Shown piece by piece: positions 26,949 to 32,467 of a stretch of DNA of 32,467 nt. The translations under genes and the position numbers were made by a program. The notes beneath the pieces were generated by a model. That model worked only from the letters and a program-made list of their open reading frames with translations. It was not told where the DNA came from and made no database searches. How positions within the stretch are numbered: position 1 is the first letter of the stretch; every line of letters begins with the position of its first letter. Source of the DNA: a virus (lineage: Duplodnaviria; Caudoviricetes); IMG/VR virus record IMGVR_UViG_3300003430_000040, positions 1 to 32,467 of that record; one strand, given 5' to 3'.

Positions 26949-26979
26949 GGAGGCCCGTTCGCGGGTTCTCCTTTCCTTT
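26949..26979 (+). terminator. UUCG hairpin / weak terminator
   Basis: GGAGGCCCG-TTCG-CGGGTTCTCC then TTTCCTTT. Confidence 0.6.
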
Positions 26980-26982
26980 CGG

Positions 26983-27020
26983 CCCCCGGTTCCACCTATG
27001 GTGGGATCGGGGGTTTCTTT
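26983..27020 (+). terminator. Intrinsic terminator upstream of the RNAP gene
   Basis: CCCCCGGTTCCACC-TAT-GGTGGGATCGGGGG followed by TTTCTTT. Confidence 0.85.
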
Positions 27021-27044
27021 ATGCTTTTATCGCCTTGGATACGA

Positions 27045-27059
27045 GTCTAAGTCTTAGAC
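27045..27059. repeat. Palindrome copy 10 GTCTAAG-T-CTTAGAC
   Basis: Ends 8 bp before the RNAP ATG. Confidence 0.95.
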
Positions 27060-27067
27060 TGCCTAGT

Positions 27068-29458
27068 ATGCGCCAAGGCAAACTCGACAAGGAAATGGTG
27101 GAACTTGGGAAGCAGCGGTATCAGAATCGCAAGACCAAGGCCACAGAAATTGCAGCAGAAAGCAACACCATCCCCGGGCGGATGATGCTGAACCGGGCCA
27201 CCACAGAACTGGCAAAGGCCATTGACCTGTGGCTAGCCAAGGCAGCAGCAAGCGCAGGCCGTAGGCACCGATGTCTGCCCTTCTTGAGCCAACTACCCGC
27301 AGAAAAGTCAGCCGTAATTGCCGCCAAGGTAGTCATCGATGCCCTGTCGCAGGAGCGTATGCTGACTAGCACCTGTATCGCCGTTGGTCGGGCTATCGAA
27401 GACGAGATCCTGCTGAATCAACTGGCCGATCAAGACCCGGCATTCCTCAAGTCGATTCAGAAGAAGACCTTCAAGTCGGTGGGGCAGAAGTTCAAGCGTC
27501 GATTTGCCCGTGATGCCGCCAAGGCGGTCAACTTGGTCACCACACGATGGGCCAAGGCCGATGCACTTGCTGTGGGGCTGCTGTTGGTCGAAACCATGCG
27601 TGAGCGCACGGGGATCATCGACATCCTGACCAAGTTGAATGCCCGTGGACGCAAGTACTGCATCATTCAGCCGTCCCCGGACATCCGGCGGTGGATCAAG
27701 GACTGCCACGAATACCACGAATCGTTGGAGCCCATGTTCCTGCCCATGATTGAGCGTCCTCAGAACTGGAACAACCCGTGGATTGGTGGCTATGCCTCCC
27801 TTGAGTGGAAGCCGAGGCCGCTCGTCAAGTCCCGCAGCCGCAGTTACCAAGAATCGCTATCATCGTCGATGTCTTCGGATGTCTACAGCGCGGTCAACAC
27901 GGTGCAGAATACCGCTTGGACCGTGGATCCGCAGTCGATGGCTCTGGTCAAGGAGTGTTGGGACGAGGGCATCACAGTCGATGGCCTGCCTCCTAGCCGT
28001 GATGAAGTGCTGCCTACGCGGCCAGAGGACATTGACACCAACCAAGAAGCCCGTAGGCAATGGCGCAAGGCTGCTGCCAAGATCCACTTCTTGAATGAAT
28101 CCTACGAGTCCCAGCGTCTACTGACTCTCAAGTCTCTGTTTGTTGCTGACAAGATGTCGCAGCACAAGCGGCTGTACTTCCCACACCAACTGGACTTCCG
28201 TGGTCGTGGATACCCGCTGCCTCTATTCCTGCATCCGCAGTCGGTGTCTTACGCCAAGGCAATGCTTCGCTTTGCTGATGGCAAGCCCATGAAGACTGAG
28301 TCCAGCCAACGGGCTCTGTATGTCCATACCGCAAACAAGTTTGGACTGGACAAGGAACCAGTTTCAAAGCGGATTGCGTGGATTGAGCAGAACCGGGCCA
28401 TGATCCGGACCATCGCAGCAGACCCGTGGAGCAACCGCACTTGGCTTGAGGCTGATGAACCGTTCGCCTTTGTGATGGCCTGCCGAGAACTGTGTAGCCT
28501 TTGGGATACAGGTTCCTCATTCATCAGCACCCTGCCGATTGGAATGGATGCCACCACGCAGGGACTGCAAATCTACGCTATGCTGCTGCGAGATCCCGTG
28601 GCCGCTACGGCTACCAATGTGCTTCCTGCTGATGCTCCTAGTGACCCGTACCAGTTCGTGGCCGACAGCGTCATCCGCAGGCTTCAGGCATCTGGTGGAG
28701 AGATGGAGCGCAAGTTGTTGGAGTTCGGAATCAACCGCACCACTACCAAGCGTCAGACCATGACTCTGCCCTATGGCCTGACTCTGCACTCCTGCATCGG
28801 GTACACCCGCGAGTGGCTTGAGGAGACTGGGCGCAAGAAGGGAAACCCATTTGAAGGTGATATGTACAAGCCTGTGGCTGTGCTTGGCAAGACGATTTGG
28901 GAGTCCATTGACGATGTCGTTGGTTCAGCCAAGCGAGGCATGGACTTTATCCGTGGCTGCATGGCTGCTCTGATTGAACACGATGTCACACCATGGTGGA
29001 TGACCCCCATCGGATTCCCTGTGCGTATGCGCTACGAGAACTACGACATCATCACGGTGTCTACGCGCATTGGGGCCAAGGCCAAGGTGCTGTCCCTGCG
29101 TCAGGAGAATGGCCGTCAATCCAAGCGCAAGGCTTTGAATGGTGGCCCCGCTAACTTGATTCACTCATTCGACGGATTCGGTGGATTGCTTGGTCACACC
29201 ATCAACCTGTGTTCGTCTAGGGGAGTGACCAGTATCGGTTCTGTCCACGATCAGATCATGTGTCTGGCCGCAGACTATGAAACCACATCCGGGTGTGTCC
29301 GCAAGGCTACTGTGGAGTTGTTCAGCAGGGATCTGCTTGACGAGTTCAGGCAGGGGGTCTTGACGCTGCTACCCGGATCTGCTATAGTACCTGAGTTGCC
29401 AAAGTACGGTACTTTGGACATCACGAAAGTGCTTGACTCAGAGTACTACTTCAACTGA
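27068..29458 (+). CDS. T7-like single-subunit DNA-directed RNA polymerase
   Basis: DFRGRGY, motif A PIGMDATTQGLQ, motif B R...KRQTMTLPYG, NLIHSFD, motif C VHD and C-terminal SEYYFN. ATG 27068 is preferred because RQGKLDKEMVELGKQRY matches T7-like N-termini. Confidence 0.97.
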   Translation: MRQGKLDKEMVELGKQRYQNRKTKATEIAAESNTIPGRMMLNRATTELAKAIDLWLAKAAASAGRRHRCLPFLSQLPAEKSAVIAAKVVIDALSQERMLTSTCIAVGRAIEDEILLNQLADQDPAFLKSIQKKTFKSVGQKFKRRFARDAAKAVNLVTTRWAKADALAVGLLLVETMRERTGIIDILTKLNARGRKYCIIQPSPDIRRWIKDCHEYHESLEPMFLPMIERPQNWNNPWIGGYASLEWKPRPLVKSRSRSYQESLSSSMSSDVYSAVNTVQNTAWTVDPQSMALVKECWDEGITVDGLPPSRDEVLPTRPEDIDTNQEARRQWRKAAAKIHFLNESYESQRLLTLKSLFVADKMSQHKRLYFPHQLDFRGRGYPLPLFLHPQSVSYAKAMLRFADGKPMKTESSQRALYVHTANKFGLDKEPVSKRIAWIEQNRAMIRTIAADPWSNRTWLEADEPFAFVMACRELCSLWDTGSSFISTLPIGMDATTQGLQIYAMLLRDPVAATATNVLPADAPSDPYQFVADSVIRRLQASGGEMERKLLEFGINRTTTKRQTMTLPYGLTLHSCIGYTREWLEETGRKKGNPFEGDMYKPVAVLGKTIWESIDDVVGSAKRGMDFIRGCMAALIEHDVTPWWMTPIGFPVRMRYENYDIITVSTRIGAKAKVLSLRQENGRQSKRKALNGGPANLIHSFDGFGGLLGHTINLCSSRGVTSIGSVHDQIMCLAADYETTSGCVRKATVELFSRDLLDEFRQGVLTLLPGSAIVPELPKYGTLDITKVLDSEYYFN
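29360..29388 (+). promoter_or_regulatory. sigma70-type promoter P6 inside the RNAP 3' end
   Basis: TTGACG-N17-TATAGT with extended TG. The GATCTGCTA context is shared with P5. Confidence 0.7.
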
Positions 29459-29473
29459 GTCTAAGTCTTAGAC
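29459..29473. repeat. Palindrome copy 11 GTCTAAG-T-CTTAGAC
   Basis: Abuts the RNAP TGA and the AAGGAG RBS of ssb. Confidence 0.95.
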
Positions 29474-29487
29474 AAGGAGAGTTAGCA

Positions 29488-30099
29488 ATGCAGAAGCGTA
29501 AGTTCATCAAGTTCACCTCGCCCACGGGCACCGCTGTTTATCCCCGCTTGAACGCCCCCGACACCAAGTTCGACAAGGACGGCGTGTACAGCGTGGATCT
29601 TGAGATGGATCCCAACAGCAAGGACGGCAGCGCATTCATCAGCAGCCTCCGAAAGGCCGCAGACGATGCCTACAAGGCCGAGTGCGAGAAGCGTGGCGGC
29701 AAGAAGTTGAAGCGGTCGGAACTGCCCATCAAGGAAACCGACGATGGCAATGTCCGCATCAAGTTCAAGTTGAAGGCCAAGGCAGGCAACGAGGACAAGT
29801 CGTGGGCACAGAAGCCGATGCTGTTCGATGCTCAGGGCAATCCTCTCCAGAACCCGCCCAACATCGGCAGCGGCTCCACGATCCGTGTCTCGTTTGAGGT
29901 GATCCCGTACTTCACCGCCATGGTGGGTGCCGGAGTCAGCCTGCGGATGAAGGCAGTCCAGATCCTTGATCTCAAGGAATATGTGCCCGGAGATTCTTTC
30001 GACGCTTATGGGTTCAAGGCCACGGACGGCTTTGTTGTCTCCACGGATGACTCGCGTGAGTCGCCGGAAACCCAGAGTGACGATGAGTCTGACTTCTGA
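29488..30099 (+). CDS. ssb: Single-stranded DNA-binding protein (T7 gp2.5-like)
   Basis: SP.G.A.YP.L..PDTKF...G.Y, IGSGS and GVSLR..AVQI..L motifs. Acidic tail ending in Phe (SDDESDF). Confidence 0.93.
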   Translation: MQKRKFIKFTSPTGTAVYPRLNAPDTKFDKDGVYSVDLEMDPNSKDGSAFISSLRKAADDAYKAECEKRGGKKLKRSELPIKETDDGNVRIKFKLKAKAGNEDKSWAQKPMLFDAQGNPLQNPPNIGSGSTIRVSFEVIPYFTAMVGAGVSLRMKAVQILDLKEYVPGDSFDAYGFKATDGFVVSTDDSRESPETQSDDESDF

Positions 30100-30503
30100 T
30101 GAAACTAGTTTTGTGGGTCGAACCTGTTCCGGCTAGCCGTCCGCGTGTTTCACGCAAGGGGTTTGCTTACTACAGCAAGTCCTACAACAAGTTTCGTCAA
30201 GCCGCTACGACAGCCCTTGGTGCCGTAAAAAAGCCCAAGGGTTGTCCAGTAGCGGGGCCCATTGCGGTGGTCGTGCATTTCTACTGCAAGAGGCCAAAGA
30301 ACCCGAGCAATCCGTATCCAATCGGAGATATCGATAATCACCTGAAGTCCATCCTTGATGCGCTCAATGAATGGGCGTGGCACGACGATGTGCAGATTGT
30401 GACTATCGAAGCCACCAAGCGATACAGCGACTCGCCCCGAATCGAAGTCGAATGGAAGGAATGTCAGATTGAACCAGAACGAGTCAGAGTTCGTCCAACA
30501 TGA
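30099..30503 (+). CDS. rusA: RusA-family Holliday junction resolvase
   Basis: PVPASRPR, DIDN..K...DALN, W.DD.QIV and K.Y...PRIEV motifs. Confidence 0.9.
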   Translation: MKLVLWVEPVPASRPRVSRKGFAYYSKSYNKFRQAATTALGAVKKPKGCPVAGPIAVVVHFYCKRPKNPSNPYPIGDIDNHLKSILDALNEWAWHDDVQIVTIEATKRYSDSPRIEVEWKECQIEPERVRVRPT

Positions 30504-32058
30504 GCCGTGCCCTGCGTGTGGCTCAAAGGACAATCTAGCCCGGTATAGTGACGGCCACGGCTATTGCTTTGGCTGTCGGCACTACGAAGCAGCAACTGGA
30601 GAGGTCAAGACTTCTCCAATGAAAGGAAAGGAATCCATGATTGATATCGAATTTGCCCCGCTGAAGAAGCGAGGGATCAACGAAGAGACTTGCAAGTTCT
30701 GGTCCTATGGAACTGGTGAGTACTCTGGTCAGCCCGTACAGATCGCTCAGTACATCAAGGACGGCAATGTTATCGCGCAGAAACTGCGGTTCCCCTCCAA
30801 GGACTTCCTGATCCTTGGGGATACCAAGAGCCTGCCGCTGTACGGATCTCACCTGTGGCGTGACGGCGGCAAGATGGTCACGATCACGGAGGGCGAGGTG
30901 GATGCTCTCACGGTGTCGCAACTGTTCGGCAACAAGTGGCCCGTGGTGTCGGTTCCCAACGGAGCCCAAGGTGCCCTCAAGGCATTCCAGAACAACTTGG
31001 AATGGCTGGAGAAGTTTGAATCGGTTGTGATCCTGTTCGATGATGACGAGCCGGGTCGCAAGGCAGCGCGTGAGTGCGCCATGGTTCTGACCCCCGGCAA
31101 GGCCAAGATCGGAACCATCGTCGGCTTCAAGGATGCCAACGAGGCTCTGCAACAGGGCGAGGGCAAGCGGGTCATTGATGCCATCTGGGGAGCCAAGGCT
31201 TACCGTCCTGACGGTGTAGTCCTTGGGTCTGACCTGTGGGATACGGTCCTGCAAGAGGACATCAATGAATCTACGCCCTACCCATGGACTGGACTGAATG
31301 ACAAGTTGTTGGGCATCCGCCGGGGGGAACTGGTTGTGGTCACCTCTGGTACGGGCATCGGCAAGTCATCGGTGTGCCGCGAGATGGTTGCCCACTTGGT
31401 CCGAGCAGGCAAGAAGGTGGGCCTGATGATGCTTGAGGAAAGCGTCAAGCGCACCGCCCGTAACCTGATGGGCATTCACCTGAACACACCTCCCTACTTC
31501 TGGGTGGACCGTGGAATCACGGAGGAACAGAAGAGGGAGGCTTTTGACGCTACGGTTGCCAAGGTGGTCTTGTTTGATCACTTCGGATCCGTTGACCCAG
31601 AGAACCTGTTGGCCCGGATGCGCTACATGACCAAGGCTCTGGGATGCGAGTATGTTTTCCTTGATCACCTGAGCATCGTGGTGTCTGGTCTTGGTGAGGG
31701 CGACGAGCGCAGGCTAATCGACAACGCCATGACCTCCCTGCGGTCGTTGGTCGAAGAGACTCAATGCTCCCTGTTTGTGGTCAGCCATCTGCGCCGTCCG
31801 GATGGGGACCGTGGGCACGAAGAAGGAGCGACCACCAGTCTGGCCCAGTTGCGTGGCTCCCACGCCATTGCTCAACTGGCGGATGCGGTGATCGGTCTTG
31901 AGCGTAACCAACAGGGTGAGAATCCGAATGAACTGGTTATGCGTGTTCTCAAGAACCGATTCACGGGTGACACGGGTATTGCAGGAGCCCTGAGATATTT
32001 CAAGGAATCAGGACGGCTGGCCGAATTTGAACTTCAAGACGAAGAAGGAGACATCTAA
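30469..32058 (+). CDS. DNA primase/helicase (T7 gp4-like)
   Basis: Zn finger CPACGS.D..CFGC, TOPRIM EGE.DA and FD.DEPG, Walker A SGTGIGKS, LDHLS, LRGS..I.QL.D and KNRFTG motifs. Confidence 0.97.
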   Translation: MNQNESEFVQHEPCPACGSKDNLARYSDGHGYCFGCRHYEAATGEVKTSPMKGKESMIDIEFAPLKKRGINEETCKFWSYGTGEYSGQPVQIAQYIKDGNVIAQKLRFPSKDFLILGDTKSLPLYGSHLWRDGGKMVTITEGEVDALTVSQLFGNKWPVVSVPNGAQGALKAFQNNLEWLEKFESVVILFDDDEPGRKAARECAMVLTPGKAKIGTIVGFKDANEALQQGEGKRVIDAIWGAKAYRPDGVVLGSDLWDTVLQEDINESTPYPWTGLNDKLLGIRRGELVVVTSGTGIGKSSVCREMVAHLVRAGKKVGLMMLEESVKRTARNLMGIHLNTPPYFWVDRGITEEQKREAFDATVAKVVLFDHFGSVDPENLLARMRYMTKALGCEYVFLDHLSIVVSGLGEGDERRLIDNAMTSLRSLVEETQCSLFVVSHLRRPDGDRGHEEGATTSLAQLRGSHAIAQLADAVIGLERNQQGENPNELVMRVLKNRFTGDTGIAGALRYFKESGRLAEFELQDEEGDI

Positions 32059-32467
32059 TGAGTGACGATCCAGCAAGCATTGAAGCGTGGCAGGAAGAAG
32101 AAAAAGGTGACCTTGTGTCCCGTCTTCGTGTCATCAACCACCACACGAAGAAACTCGCAGAAAACGAAGGGCTGCATTATGTTCACCGTGAAGCCTTCAC
32201 CCGATGCGAGGACCTAACTTGGGAAGCAGCCAATGAGATCGAACGGCTGCGTAAAAAACTTCTTGCAGAGGAGAACGCTTACGACATCCTGCGACTTGAG
32301 AACGAACGGATTCGCGCTGAACTTGTAACTGTTTCTAACAAGTTGACCGACGAGCGCGACGAGGCAAGGCGGCGAACGAACTCCATCCTCACCGAGATCG
32401 ACTGCCGCATCGAACACGGTGCTGAAAGCAATGGGCATCTTGAGGTGCTTCGCGATATGTTCAAGGA
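32058..32467 (+). CDS. Hypothetical coiled-coil protein, 3'-truncated
   Basis: AAGGAG RBS and TAATG coupling. Frame is open to the window end (MSDDPASIEAW...DLVSRLR...EAANEIERLR...). Confidence 0.75.
   Translation, partial: MSDDPASIEAWQEEEKGDLVSRLRVINHHTKKLAENEGLHYVHREAFTRCEDLTWEAANEIERLRKKLLAEENAYDILRLENERIRAELVTVSNKLTDERDEARRRTNSILTEIDCRIEHGAESNGHLEVLRDMFK

Noticed and set aside
26944-27067. Integrase/attP module upstream of RNAP, as in temperate T7-like marine phages
   Set aside because: No recombinase ORF or recognisable att core here. One could exist outside the window.
21205-29473. Palindrome array as a CRISPR array or true integron attC array
   Set aside because: The repeat is only 15 bp with irregular gene-sized spacing. 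No cas or integrase gene is in the window, and the invariant GTT core and L boxes of attC are missing.
943-31254. Longer minus-strand ORFs (e.g. 943-1491, 18293-18820, 27308-27850, 30535-31254)
   Set aside because: They are antisense shadows of well-supported + strand genes, with no RBS or motifs.
1-32467. Stop-codon reassignment (no called gene ends in TAG)
   Set aside because: Genes are full length and tightly packed under the standard code, and no tRNA was seen. TAG rarity alone is unremarkable.

Overview
The window is part of a T7-like podovirus (Autographiviridae-type) genome, read across the junction of its two ends, with every credible gene on the + strand. Positions 1-20956 hold the late module: major capsid (5'-truncated), tail tubular proteins A and B, gp13-gp16-like internal virion proteins, tail fibre, an AT-rich putative spike pair, terminases, small basic ORFs and an HNH protein. 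The likely terminal-repeat junction is near 21.0 kb. Positions 21.2-27.0 kb are an early region driven by sigma70 promoters. It is followed by the single-subunit RNA polymerase, SSB, a RusA-type resolvase and the primase-helicase. The most striking unexplained structure is a perfect 15-bp palindrome, GTCTAAG-N-CTTAGAC, present 11 times between 21205 and 29473. I found it only in the early/RNAP region, always at gene junctions or next to host promoters, and in four cases it supplies the stop codon of the upstream gene. The first early gene has its own promoter and terminator, is bracketed by two copies and encodes an HTH-like segment. This suggests an operator/DNA-binding-protein system not typical of lytic T7-like phages. 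All family assignments come from reading motifs by eye; no searches were run.
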